Sequence record: NC_042013.1
Reading direction: 5' to 3' (one strand)
DNA length: 64,000 nucleotides
The position numbers were made by a program, and so were the translations under genes. The notes under the pieces were generated by a model. That model saw only the letters and a program-made list of their open reading frames with translations, was not told where the DNA came from and ran no database searches. Each line of letters begins with the position of its first letter. Position 1 is the first letter of the stretch. Shown here piece by piece: positions 30,952 to 40,584 of this stretch.

Positions 30952-31921
30952 ATCTGGATCGTCTCTTTACGGGACAAGGTTGCCAACGAGCGACACCGAT
31001 TTCAAATCCGTCCATCTACCGCCATATGATGATATCATTCGTATGCGTACAACTGGAGTTGTCAAAAAATCAACGGGTAGCGACAAAGTAAAAAACACCG
31101 TTGATGACATTGACGATGAAAGCTTTGTCTTGCGTAAGTTTTTTGACATGCTTATTGGCGGGGATATGGTTGCGCAAGAACTTTTATTTGTTTCACCTGA
31201 AACCGCACTTGTATTTGAACCTGAATGGAAAAAGGTTTATGACAACCGCCATTCGTTCATTGCGTCGGATATCAAAGGGTTCGTTGGTTATATTCAACGT
31301 CAGACAAACACGTACTCGACAAAAGGTCTTCGTGTTGAATCCGTAAGATCGTTTGTTGAGGTAATGAATAGTTTGATTGACAAATATTCAGCCACTACTA
31401 AGTTGAGGGATATTACAGAAATCAAAGAATACCTTGATCCATTTGTCGAAAAATATGATCATGCGCAGTATGTGTTGATGCCTAAGTCATATGGCAATGA
31501 TGAAATGGAAGAGTATTTTGAGCTTGTGAACCGTAAGGTTTCAATGAATGTTGCTTTGAAAGAAGTTGTAAAACTTTTTGCGGGTGTACTGAAAGACTAT
31601 GGTTCACGTTCTCTTGCAGCAGAACAGAATAAGGGTGTTGATTGGAAATCTGTTTATCATGCAATTCGTGTCTCTGAACAGGCAATCGAATTGTTAAGGG
31701 ATGGAGTCATTACGTTCCCTCGCCCTAATGTTTCTGAATTGCTAGACATTCGTGCAGGAAAGTATCTATATGCGGATATCGGTAGTCGGTTAGAGGATAA
31801 TCTTAACTTGCTTTTGGAACTGCGTGGAACAACATCACTTCCAAAAACCGTTAACGTTAAACTTCTTGAAAACATCCTTTTTGAGTTGCACGAGAATGTA
31901 GTCAAAGAAAAAGGGGGTTAA
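30929..31921 (+). CDS. Pol-beta superfamily nucleotidyltransferase (RlaP/PF10127-like)
   Basis: GSSLYGT...SDTDFKSV (GS...DxD) motif; C-terminal DWK...HAIR...Q..ELL..G.I.FPRP. Confidence 0.8.
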   Translation: MKTLFRVESGSSLYGTRLPTSDTDFKSVHLPPYDDIIRMRTTGVVKKSTGSDKVKNTVDDIDDESFVLRKFFDMLIGGDMVAQELLFVSPETALVFEPEWKKVYDNRHSFIASDIKGFVGYIQRQTNTYSTKGLRVESVRSFVEVMNSLIDKYSATTKLRDITEIKEYLDPFVEKYDHAQYVLMPKSYGNDEMEEYFELVNRKVSMNVALKEVVKLFAGVLKDYGSRSLAAEQNKGVDWKSVYHAIRVSEQAIELLRDGVITFPRPNVSELLDIRAGKYLYADIGSRLEDNLNLLLELRGTTSLPKTVNVKLLENILFELHENVVKEKGG

Positions 31922-31930
31922 AACCCCCTT
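31911..31930. terminator. Bidirectional terminator hairpin
   Basis: aagggggtt-aa-aaccccctt at the junction of convergent genes. Confidence 0.7.
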
Positions 31931-33431
31931 AATTTTCTTCAGTTTCCTCATCAGGCTCTAACTTGAGACCTTTTTTTATCAACAATGGTTTAATCCATGT
32001 GATGAATTTTTGAACTTCAGGTGATGGATCATAAGTAGCTAATATGTTTTTGTAAGATTTTTCTATACCGGGTGTAATTGAAATTTTATTAATAAGGTCA
32101 CGAACACCTATTTTTAATGACGGTGACCAGCTTGAAAAATCAATATTATTTGCATTGTAAATAATATATTGAACAATTTTTTCAGGAGAGGTGTTTGTTG
32201 GTTTAAACCCGGTAAGTTCCTCTATTTGATTTGCTATTATAGTTGAATTATTACCCTTGCTATCTACTTGGTCTTTATCAATAAACTTGGTTAGCTTCTT
32301 GAGATATTCTTGACGATGTGCCTTTTCATCCATAGCAACATCAAGAGCTAAAAGAACTCGCTTAAGAGTGTTCATTACCTGTGGAATTTTATTTAAGTAA
32401 TCACCACCAACCGCACGGAATTCGATGTAGTTGTTATTAATAAGGCGTTCGAAATTAAAGAAACGATACTTTGTCGCTTTATCGATTAACATTGTATTGA
32501 GTTTATATATAGCTCTTTTGTATTTGTCTTTATCTTTCCCGACTGCAAGATAATTTGCAAGGTCCGCAAGATTTGATTCGGCATATGTGTTATCTCGTCT
32601 GTCGAATTCATCAAGAACGTGGCCCTCTCCTGTAAACAATAGTAATTTAAGTAGGTCAACGTCTTCAACACCAAAGGTTCCTATGTTGATGTGGAACCCG
32701 GTTGATCCATTTGTTTCAAAACCATAATTTTCGAACCATTGAGATACATTTTCTATAGCGGTTTCTGCGTCTTCAAAATTCTTGAATATTGGTGAAACAA
32801 GTTCAACACCTAATGGAGAAATAGAACCATCCGGTTCAAAAATCCATTCTTTACCTCTACCGGTGATATTGCCGTGATAGCGATCATCATAAGTTACATC
32901 TGAATCTATTTCATTAGCGAAATAATCTTCAAGTTTTTCGAAATTAATTTCAGACGTTTCATCAGAGGATACATAATGACTATATGAATCTGTTAATTCA
33001 TTCTCGTAATATTCTCTATACACCTCGTCAAAACGTTCTAACCAGTCATTCCCATTTTGAATAAGTTCAGAATACAGTTCGGGTGTTATTTGTGAAATGG
33101 AATAATCATTTCCGTCCGAATCGTAAATCATGTCAGTCATGATATCAAGTTCATATGGGTTGCGATTACCGTTCTCGTCGTATAATGCAATAGTTACCGC
33201 ATCATGTGGTAAAAACTCGTCCCACATATACTCAGTTGGAGAAAGATCAATCTTAAAATCGTCGCTATTTTCGAAGTCTTCTATATCGATTGGTTCAGCA
33301 ATAAAATCATCAGGTAAAACTACCTCGAATTCAAAACCAAGTGTAAAAGGATATTTTGTCTTACCTGTAAGAGTAGACGAATTCATTTTAAGTTCTGTTA
33401 ATTTTTTACTGGAAATATCTTGCCAACGCAT
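31929..33431 (-). CDS. Putative amidoligase (COOH-NH2 ligase, Amidoligase_2-like)
   Basis: LGFEFEV, EPDGSI, GVELVSP, TNGSTGFHINIG, KYRFFN and YIEFR motifs; ATAAATA upstream. Confidence 0.8.
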   Translation of the reverse strand: MRWQDISSKKLTELKMNSSTLTGKTKYPFTLGFEFEVVLPDDFIAEPIDIEDFENSDDFKIDLSPTEYMWDEFLPHDAVTIALYDENGNRNPYELDIMTDMIYDSDGNDYSISQITPELYSELIQNGNDWLERFDEVYREYYENELTDSYSHYVSSDETSEINFEKLEDYFANEIDSDVTYDDRYHGNITGRGKEWIFEPDGSISPLGVELVSPIFKNFEDAETAIENVSQWFENYGFETNGSTGFHINIGTFGVEDVDLLKLLLFTGEGHVLDEFDRRDNTYAESNLADLANYLAVGKDKDKYKRAIYKLNTMLIDKATKYRFFNFERLINNNYIEFRAVGGDYLNKIPQVMNTLKRVLLALDVAMDEKAHRQEYLKKLTKFIDKDQVDSKGNNSTIIANQIEELTGFKPTNTSPEKIVQYIIYNANNIDFSSWSPSLKIGVRDLINKISITPGIEKSYKNILATYDPSPEVQKFITWIKPLLIKKGLKLEPDEETEEN

Positions 33432-33464
33432 AGTTATGACGTCCTGTTACAAATCTTATATCTA

Positions 33465-33471
33465 TATTTAT
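33465..33471 (-). promoter_or_regulatory. Late promoter core upstream of the amidoligase
   Basis: ATAAATA on the minus strand; a divergent TAAATA near 33501 faces the next gene. Confidence 0.55.
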
Positions 33472-33530
33472 GGGATAATAATCAAAGTTAATAAGGTAGT
33501 TAAATACTATATAATATCTGGATTCTTTAC

Positions 33531-36068
33531 ATGGCGACCGAATTTGAACTAGAACAGTTGCGTTCTTTATTCCAAACACTTGCAGATAAGTTGTCTAAAA
33601 CAAAAGGCGATGAGGCTACTCTGTCTCAATTAGAGGCCGTTGAAGATGCAATTCGCAATCTTAATAAAGAGATGGTCAAACAAGCGTCCAAAGGTACAAA
33701 AGGTAAAAATAATTTATCAACGAAAGATATATCACAATCGTTGATTGATGCCTTAAATAAAGCACAGCCTTTTAAAAAGGCAGAAGATGCCTTAAATAAA
33801 ATAGCCGAAAATTCTGCCAATCCATCCTCTGGTATGGACATATCTCTTGATAGTTTACCGGGTGCCAATACTCTTAAAAGTAAATTCGGTGCACTTGCAG
33901 CAGGTATTGGTGCCGTTAATAAATCTACTGCTGGATTTGCAAGAAATTTCACTCGTTTAACCGATGGGTTGAATGGTAGTTTTTCTGGTCTTGCAACTGG
34001 ATTAGGATTAGGTGAAACCGCTTTTGGAACTATGGCGAAAGCGTTAGATGACAATGTTAATGCATATCGCAGTTTGGTAACATCGGCTGAAGGTAGTATT
34101 GGTTCTATCGGTGATATGCGTAAAGCGATGTCTACCGCTGCAATGAGTGCTACCGAATTTGCGGAAGCTATCAAGTCAGGAACTGATGGTACTCGTCTTC
34201 TTGGCGGTCAAAATTGGGCTCAGCTTTACAAGTCTATAAAATTACAATCACAAGATATGGGGTATTATGGTTATACCTTAGAGGGGCTTGCAAAAGCTCA
34301 AAATGAATATCTTGGTATATTGGTTGATCGAGGTGATATCAATAGACTTAGCCAAAAAGGAATAGCTGACGGCCTTCAGAATCTATTACAGGTCAACGAT
34401 CAGGTAGCAACCATTCTTGGAAAAGATCGTGAAGATATGTTGAAACGTTTGGCAGCAGAAAGCCAAGACGTTAACTTTAACACTTTTCTAAAATCGTTAG
34501 GTGATAGACTCGGTGAAACTGGTAAAACAGAACTGGCTGGTATTCAGGCAACGTTGACACAACTTCATCCATTAGTAGCATCCGCATTTAAAGACATGGT
34601 TATGACTGGTGGTGCAATTCTCGACACCGAGGCTGCTAATGCGTTCTCGACTCTTGGACCAGAAATGCAAAAAGTTCTAACCGATACGGCTGGAGCGGTT
34701 CGTGCAGGTAATATTGGTGCCGGTGATGCTGTGGCATTTACGCAAACAGTTAAAAATGCGTCGGCAAGAGACGAACCGTATCGTTCAAATGAGACTATGG
34801 CTATTCTCGGAAGAACTAACGGAGGTGGTTTTGAGGCATCAAACGCAGCATCTATCAACGCAGCAAATCTACGAAATATAACTGACCAAACTAAATTTGG
34901 ATCACAGCAAGATGATGCAGTTACGAAATCTCTGTTACAATTCCAAGGAATGGCAACCGACGCACGAGCGTTGGTGAATGATGCAATTGACGGGTTTGTA
35001 AAACCATTAGTAGATCAATTTGGACCAGCTTTGACTTCATCTGTTGATGCAATGCGTGGTGAAAATGGTTGGATCAACACCCTAAGAGAATCAGTGAATT
35101 CACTTACGCAATTTGATACTGCATTGAAAACAATTTCAGGATATCTTATTGGAGGAACATTTCTTGCAGCGTCGACCGGGATGTTAGGTGTTATTCTAAG
35201 TAAAACCCTCGTTCCAGTATTTAAGAGTGTTGGTCTTGGTATATATGCAGGAGCTAAAGGTGTTGCAGGAGGCGTTGGTCGTGCAGCCGGAGCCGCTGGA
35301 ACAGGAATAGCAAAGTCTGCTGCTGTAGCAAAAGGCGTTGAAGCAATCAAAGCAACGGAGGTTGGTGCTAAAGCGGTTGGTGCAACATCCAAAGTAGGTG
35401 AAATGGCGTCAAAAGCATTGAACTCAGGTGTTGCGTCAAAACTAACAAAAGCTCTTGGACCACTTGCTGTAGTTCTACAAGGTCTTGATACTTATAATCA
35501 AATCGAAACAGATTATGATCGTAAAGAAGCGGGTGAAATTACCGACGAAGAATTCAAAAAACTTATGAGCCAGCACATTGGTGCAGGACTTGGCGGCGTC
35601 GGTGGTGCTATACTTGGTGCTAAAATCCTTGGCGCAGGTGGTGCTGCTGCTGGTTCTGTTGTACCGGGATTAGGAACAGTCGGCGGTGGTGTCGTGGGAG
35701 CGGTTGGTGGTGCTATCGGCGGCGCATTTGCAGGTGATGCTCTTGGTGATGAAATTGGCGCAATGGTATATGATTATATTCTTGCAAAAGATGAGGCTGC
35801 GCCATCGGTTACGCCAGTAGATATTACTCCTCCATTAGTCAATAATCCGGCAGGTATTGAAGATAATAATAATGCAATTGGTCTTCAGAATACGTTATTA
35901 TTAGACGAAATTAAAAATGGCAACTCTTCTTTGCGCGACATTGCATACTTGCTAAGAACAGCAAATGATATGTTGCGTGAACAAATAACGGTTAACAAAA
36001 CCGGTCTTGAAGATTTGAATAATACACAATCCGAACTTGCGAGACGTATCAGAGCCAATTCGTTGTGA
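33531..36068 (+). CDS. Tape-measure-like or ejection-type virion protein
   Basis: 845 aa, Ala/Gly-rich and predicted helical, C-terminal glycine-zipper hydrophobic stretch; lies just upstream of the portal. Confidence 0.5.
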   Translation: MATEFELEQLRSLFQTLADKLSKTKGDEATLSQLEAVEDAIRNLNKEMVKQASKGTKGKNNLSTKDISQSLIDALNKAQPFKKAEDALNKIAENSANPSSGMDISLDSLPGANTLKSKFGALAAGIGAVNKSTAGFARNFTRLTDGLNGSFSGLATGLGLGETAFGTMAKALDDNVNAYRSLVTSAEGSIGSIGDMRKAMSTAAMSATEFAEAIKSGTDGTRLLGGQNWAQLYKSIKLQSQDMGYYGYTLEGLAKAQNEYLGILVDRGDINRLSQKGIADGLQNLLQVNDQVATILGKDREDMLKRLAAESQDVNFNTFLKSLGDRLGETGKTELAGIQATLTQLHPLVASAFKDMVMTGGAILDTEAANAFSTLGPEMQKVLTDTAGAVRAGNIGAGDAVAFTQTVKNASARDEPYRSNETMAILGRTNGGGFEASNAASINAANLRNITDQTKFGSQQDDAVTKSLLQFQGMATDARALVNDAIDGFVKPLVDQFGPALTSSVDAMRGENGWINTLRESVNSLTQFDTALKTISGYLIGGTFLAASTGMLGVILSKTLVPVFKSVGLGIYAGAKGVAGGVGRAAGAAGTGIAKSAAVAKGVEAIKATEVGAKAVGATSKVGEMASKALNSGVASKLTKALGPLAVVLQGLDTYNQIETDYDRKEAGEITDEEFKKLMSQHIGAGLGGVGGAILGAKILGAGGAAAGSVVPGLGTVGGGVVGAVGGAIGGAFAGDALGDEIGAMVYDYILAKDEAAPSVTPVDITPPLVNNPAGIEDNNNAIGLQNTLLLDEIKNGNSSLRDIAYLLRTANDMLREQITVNKTGLEDLNNTQSELARRIRANSL

Positions 36069-36105
36069 TTGCTAAATATGTCATAAGGATTATAAGGAAC
36101 ATCAT

Positions 36106-37860
36106 ATGTCGTGGAAAAAGCATTTACAGACTGTAACAATGAGCACAAAGCTTTCAAGACAGCAGTCTAATTCGGATTATGGTCCTGTGACTAATTCAGC
36201 GATGTCGGGAAAATATTCAAGCTATCTTCCAGAGGTTTATGCAGGAAATCCGCAGCGTATTGAACGTTATGTTCAATATGATAATATGGACATTGACAGC
36301 GAAGTGAACGCTGCGCTTGATACTATTGCAGAATTTTCCACGCGTCCAAACGAAGATAACAATCGTTTGTTTGAATTGAATTTTTCAGAAACACCAAACG
36401 AATCTGAAATGACCGTTATTACAAGACTTCTTGATCAATGGATTAAGATGAATGGTTTCAAAAAGAAACTGTTTAGATTGTTCAGAAACACACTGAAATA
36501 CGGCGACCAGATTTTCATTCGTGATCCATCCACTTTGAAGCTATATTGGATTGATATGTATAAAGTCGAATCCGTTGTGGTTGATGAGGCGAATGGTAAA
36601 GAACCGGTAAGCTATTATATTCGTGATTTGGATTTGAATTTACAAACTGCTGTTGCAACAATCCCAACCCATTACGGTTCTAATGTTATGGGTAATGGAT
36701 TTAGACCAACAATGCAAAATGGTGGTTATGATGTAAATAATACAACCGCGAATGCAGGTCTCCAGCCAGCAACAGTAAATTCTTTGAATGTTGCATCACA
36801 AGCAGTACCCGTTGATGCTGCACACGTTGTTCATTTTTCTCTATCAGAAGGTCTTGATGCGAACTGGCCATTTGGTACTTCTGTTTTGGAATCCATTTTC
36901 AAAGTGTATAAGCAGAAAGAGTTGCTTGAAGATTCAATAGTAATTTATCGTGTTCAGAGAGCACCTGAGCGTCGTGCGTTCTACATTGACGTTGGGGATA
37001 TGAAGCTTACTAAAGCTGGCGCTTACCTTGAAAAAATTAAGATGGAAATTCATCAAAAGCGCATGCCATCAAGAACTGGCGGCGGCGCAAATATTACCGA
37101 CGCACGTTATGACCCGTTATCAATCCTTGATGATTATTTCTTTGCTACAAACAGTGATGGCCGTGGATCACGTGTCGAGATTCTTCCCGGTGGTGAAAAC
37201 TTGGGCAGCATCGATGATTTGAAATATTTTAACAACAAAATGGTTCGCGGCCTACGTGTACCATCATCGTACCTACCTACTGGTCCAGAAGATAGCCAAG
37301 CGGTATATACGGATGGCCGTGTTGGAACAGCGTATATTCAAGAATATCGTTTCTCAAATTATTGTCAACGTATTCAAAACGTTCTAACCGATACGTTTGA
37401 TCAGGAATTTAAACTTTATATTAAACAACGTGGTTATGATAATATCGACGTTTCTATCTTTGAATTGATTCTTAATCCGCCACAGAACTTTAGAAAGTTT
37501 GCTCAAATTGAGCGTGATGCGGCGATGATTAGTTCATTCCAAGCACTTGCAGATACACCATATCTTGCAAAACGTTTCTTGCTTTCACGTTACCTTGGCC
37601 TTTCCGACGAAGAAATCATTGAAAATGAAACTCTCTGGAAAGAAGAAAATGTTGATAAGAATAACAAACTTGGTGAACCAACTACGTCTGAAGGTGATAT
37701 TGGGTTGGATTCGGTTGGCATTAGAAACACCCCTACGGATTTTGACTCAGAAGACCTAAATATTAGTGACGATGAAATGGATTTCGAAGAAACTGAAGGT
37801 GACACCGAGGGTGGCGAAGACTTTGAAACCGAAGAACCCATCGATTTAGGTGAGGAGTGA
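36106..37860 (+). CDS. gp20: Portal protein, T4 gp20-like
   Basis: LLEDSIVIYRVQRAPERRAFYIDVG, DDYFF...GRGSRVEILPGGENLGSIDDLKYFNNK..RGLRVP. Confidence 0.95.
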   Translation: MSWKKHLQTVTMSTKLSRQQSNSDYGPVTNSAMSGKYSSYLPEVYAGNPQRIERYVQYDNMDIDSEVNAALDTIAEFSTRPNEDNNRLFELNFSETPNESEMTVITRLLDQWIKMNGFKKKLFRLFRNTLKYGDQIFIRDPSTLKLYWIDMYKVESVVVDEANGKEPVSYYIRDLDLNLQTAVATIPTHYGSNVMGNGFRPTMQNGGYDVNNTTANAGLQPATVNSLNVASQAVPVDAAHVVHFSLSEGLDANWPFGTSVLESIFKVYKQKELLEDSIVIYRVQRAPERRAFYIDVGDMKLTKAGAYLEKIKMEIHQKRMPSRTGGGANITDARYDPLSILDDYFFATNSDGRGSRVEILPGGENLGSIDDLKYFNNKMVRGLRVPSSYLPTGPEDSQAVYTDGRVGTAYIQEYRFSNYCQRIQNVLTDTFDQEFKLYIKQRGYDNIDVSIFELILNPPQNFRKFAQIERDAAMISSFQALADTPYLAKRFLLSRYLGLSDEEIIENETLWKEENVDKNNKLGEPTTSEGDIGLDSVGIRNTPTDFDSEDLNISDDEMDFEETEGDTEGGEDFETEEPIDLGEE

Positions 37861-37864
37861 TTTT

Positions 37865-38098
37865 ATGAAATTAACAGAATTGTTTAATCCATTGACTGAA
37901 AGTTATTATGATCCAGAACAGGATAAAATTTTTAAGCAGTCAATGGAGGAGAAGCATAAACCTAAGTTAACACTTCGTTCCATTAATAAAATGAAAAAAA
38001 TTCGCGCAACACGTAAGCTTGAAGATGTCAAGCATCAACAAACCGTTTCTGTCATGTATGGTGGCGGAAGCCAAGAAGATGACATGGGTGGTTTTTAA
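37865..38098 (+). CDS. Small head-cluster protein
   Basis: MKLTELF start; RKPKLTL-like KPKLTLRSINKMKK motif directly after the portal. Confidence 0.7.
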   Translation: MKLTELFNPLTESYYDPEQDKIFKQSMEEKHKPKLTLRSINKMKKIRATRKLEDVKHQQTVSVMYGGGSQEDDMGGF

Positions 38099-38333
38099 TA
38101 TAGGTTGAAATTTCATCAACTTTTAGTTTTTCTGATATTGGAAGATTTTTATAATAATCTTCCAATTTTTCTATTACCTTACGTAGCTTTGGTTTGATGG
38201 TTTCTTTGTCAACATTAGAACATAACACATATGCATATAATGGATGCCCATCTGCAATTGATGAAATTCTTCTTACGAAATCATTGCCGTCTGGTGTGTA
38301 GTGATCTTTTAAAAGCTTGTGAAAAGTTGACAT
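38052..38333 (-). CDS. Hypothetical protein
   Basis: 93 aa ORF filling an intergenic gap; overlaps the upstream gene convergently. Confidence 0.4.
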   Translation of the reverse strand: MSTFHKLLKDHYTPDGNDFVRRISSIADGHPLYAYVLCSNVDKETIKPKLRKVIEKLEDYYKNLPISEKLKVDEISTYIKNHPCHLLGFRHHT

Positions 38334-38442
38334 TTACATTCTCGGATTTCAATTTTCAAAACGTTAACATAGTTTTGAAACTGAATCAACCAAAATGTTA
38401 AATACTAACATATACGTATTTTTGCCGCGAGGAAGGGCTACT

Positions 38443-39612
38443 ATGACGAAAAAGATTGAAAAAATCATTAATCATATCATCAATGAGGAAAAATCCCTCG
38501 CAACGGATATGCTTGAAAATTATATCCTTAACATTTCAAAAAAGATCAGCGAACGTTTTGACGAGGAAGATAATATCATTGATGACCGTACGGCGTCTAT
38601 CATCGATGATATGGAAGAAATCGAAGCTGAAGAATTCTATAGTGATATCGATCTTAACGAAGAAGAGGAAGACGTTGATCAGGCGGTTTCCGATCTTGAA
38701 AATGAACTCATTGCACACGAGATTTCTGATATTGATGTTGCAGACCGTGTAACAAGCCTTGAAGATCAGATGCAAGATTTGCGTAATCAGTTTGATGACA
38801 TTATTGGGGCTGAAACTGTTCCTGATTATGGTAATGACGGTTTCGACTCATTGGACGAAATTGAAGGTCTTGCAACATACTATGACGAAATCGAAGGCGA
38901 AGAAGCTGACGAAGACGGTTACGTTGATGCAGAGGTTGAAGTTGAGGATGAACTCGAAGAAGGTAAAACTTTTAAACATTCTTCAAATGATGATTATGAT
39001 GATGACGAAATTCTTTCCCGTATCGCACGTAAAAAAGAAGATCGTGCACGCCGTGACACATCAAGAGAAAAGCGTCATATTGACGATGTTGTAACAGAAT
39101 CTGAAGATGATTTTTATGTTGAAAAAGAAGATGATGACTGGCACGTTTTTTCACCAAAAGGTAAATCTGTTTCATCTTGGTCTTCTAAGGGAGAAGCAGA
39201 GGCTGATGCTAAGACTCGCAACCGCTCTTTAAACGAAGAAGATAGCGGTGACTTCGAACTTGAACCTTTTGAAATTGATCTCGAAGGAGACGAATTTGTA
39301 GGTGATAGTGATGAAAAAATCGAAATCGAAACTGAATCACCTATTGTTGATATTGCACCAGATAAGCGTTGGATGACAAAGCCAGTTGAATATGCTCCAA
39401 GCACCCCCGGTGAATCTGCTGATGATGGTTGGGAAACTGGTCCAATCTACAAAAATATGAACAACACATCAGAAGACTATTTTGATGATTATTTCGAAAC
39501 AGCACGTAAGAAATCAATCATGTCTGATAAGGCGGAAGAAGAAGCATTTCCAGAGGATGATGCAAGACCTTTATTTCCACCAGTAAATGAATCAAGACGC
39601 CGCAAGGCATAA
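38443..39612 (+). CDS. Acidic prohead core/scaffold-associated protein
   Basis: Very D/E-rich; TAAATA motif upstream; shares motifs with 46454-47329. Confidence 0.65.
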   Translation: MTKKIEKIINHIINEEKSLATDMLENYILNISKKISERFDEEDNIIDDRTASIIDDMEEIEAEEFYSDIDLNEEEEDVDQAVSDLENELIAHEISDIDVADRVTSLEDQMQDLRNQFDDIIGAETVPDYGNDGFDSLDEIEGLATYYDEIEGEEADEDGYVDAEVEVEDELEEGKTFKHSSNDDYDDDEILSRIARKKEDRARRDTSREKRHIDDVVTESEDDFYVEKEDDDWHVFSPKGKSVSSWSSKGEAEADAKTRNRSLNEEDSGDFELEPFEIDLEGDEFVGDSDEKIEIETESPIVDIAPDKRWMTKPVEYAPSTPGESADDGWETGPIYKNMNNTSEDYFDDYFETARKKSIMSDKAEEEAFPEDDARPLFPPVNESRRRKA

Positions 39613-39613
39613 T

Positions 39614-39642
39614 AAAAGGGGCTTAAAAGCCCCTTTCTTTTT
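39614..39642. terminator. Bidirectional terminator
   Basis: aaaggggctt-aa-aagccccttt-cttttt. Confidence 0.8.
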
Positions 39643-39814
39643 ATTCAAATTCGATATTACCGCCTTTGATTTGATCAATGATTTCAACTTCTGAAATATC
39701 CACGTTCTGAGAAAGAATTTTCGCCAGATACTTGGAAACATTCAGATCATCATTTTCAACAGACATATAATCGTTGCCGGTTTTCCAGCAAATAAGATAC
39801 TTAAATTTATACAT
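39641..39814 (-). CDS. Small hypothetical protein (57 aa, not in the ORF track)
   Basis: MYKFKYLICWKTGNDYMSVENDDLNV...EFE*, AAGGAG 7 nt upstream. Confidence 0.6.
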   Translation of the reverse strand: MYKFKYLICWKTGNDYMSVENDDLNVSKYLAKILSQNVDISEVEIIDQIKGGNIEFE

Positions 39815-39819
39815 TCATA

Positions 39820-39842
39820 ATCTCCTTAATTCGTTTCGATGA
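39820..39842 (-). repeat. 23-bp direct repeat copy of the cassette core
   Basis: atctccttaattcgtttcgatga, identical to 40184-40206. Confidence 0.9.
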
Positions 39843-40179
39843 CAACAAAATGAAAGAAACCGCTTTCGTTGAGGCTGGAAATAAGAGTCTTGATGTTTTC
39901 TTTCATTTCGGTAGTTGCGCCGTTAAATTCATCAAAAATGATGAGAATGGCCTTGGATGTTTTTTCGGCACGGTTAAGAATAATAGTTTCAATGGTCTTA
40001 AGACCTTTAACACCTTCGATCAACGGGCAACGAAAATCAAGAACGCAGTACTTCTTGTAAGATGTCGTGATTGCATAAACCAAACCGTCGCCAGCGGATT
40101 TTTCGCAAAAAGTGATACCAGTGCAACCGTTAATGTCATTAGCCAAAGTGTTAAGGTTCTGTGCAACGGTCTTGGTCAT
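39826..40179 (-). CDS. Hypothetical protein, degenerate P-loop/AAA-like
   Basis: 117 aa; ILIIFDEF Walker-B-like motif without a clear Walker A; first gene after a cassette. Confidence 0.65.
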   Translation of the reverse strand: MTKTVAQNLNTLANDINGCTGITFCEKSAGDGLVYAITTSYKKYCVLDFRCPLIEGVKGLKTIETIILNRAEKTSKAILIIFDEFNGATTEMKENIKTLISSLNESGFFHFVVIETN

Positions 40180-40183
40180 TGGT

Positions 40184-40238
40184 ATCTCCTTAATTCGTTT
40201 CGATGATTAAGTTATACATCATTTGAAAATAATGTCAA
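40184..40238 (-). promoter_or_regulatory. Early promoter-leader cassette
   Basis: TTGACA-N16-TATAAC-ttaatc-ATCGAAAC-gaatt-AAGGAG. Confidence 0.85.
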
Positions 40239-40256
40239 CTGATTTTTAAAATATCA

Positions 40257-40484
40257 TCAGAAAGGATGTGTTTTTCTTTCACCCTTTTCAAGAATATGAG
40301 TAACCGAAGGCATTTCTGCCGGATATTCTATGCCTCTAGAATGAGCGGCATCGATGGCTTTGTTTTTTGTAGGATATGTATTCGCAGAATTCTCATCTCG
40401 AGTTATCCCATATCCAAAACACGTAGGATTTTTGTCAGTGACAAAATAACCATTTCCTACGTATATAACGAAATCTTTTTTCAT
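40257..40484 (-). CDS. Hypothetical protein
   Basis: 75 aa ORF with GAGGA RBS. Confidence 0.55.
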   Translation of the reverse strand: MKKDFVIYVGNGYFVTDKNPTCFGYGITRDENSANTYPTKNKAIDAAHSRGIEYPAEMPSVTHILEKGERKTHPF

Positions 40485-40544
40485 ATTAAATCCTCTGATT
40501 AAAAGAAATCCATATCATATAAACTCCGTATTTTCAATAAAAAA

Positions 40545-40552
40545 TATAAATA
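40545..40552 (+). promoter_or_regulatory. T4-type late promoter TATAAATA
   Basis: Exact match upstream of the prohead protease. Confidence 0.8.
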
Positions 40553-40584
40553 CTTATATACATTTTTCACGCGGGAAAATAACT

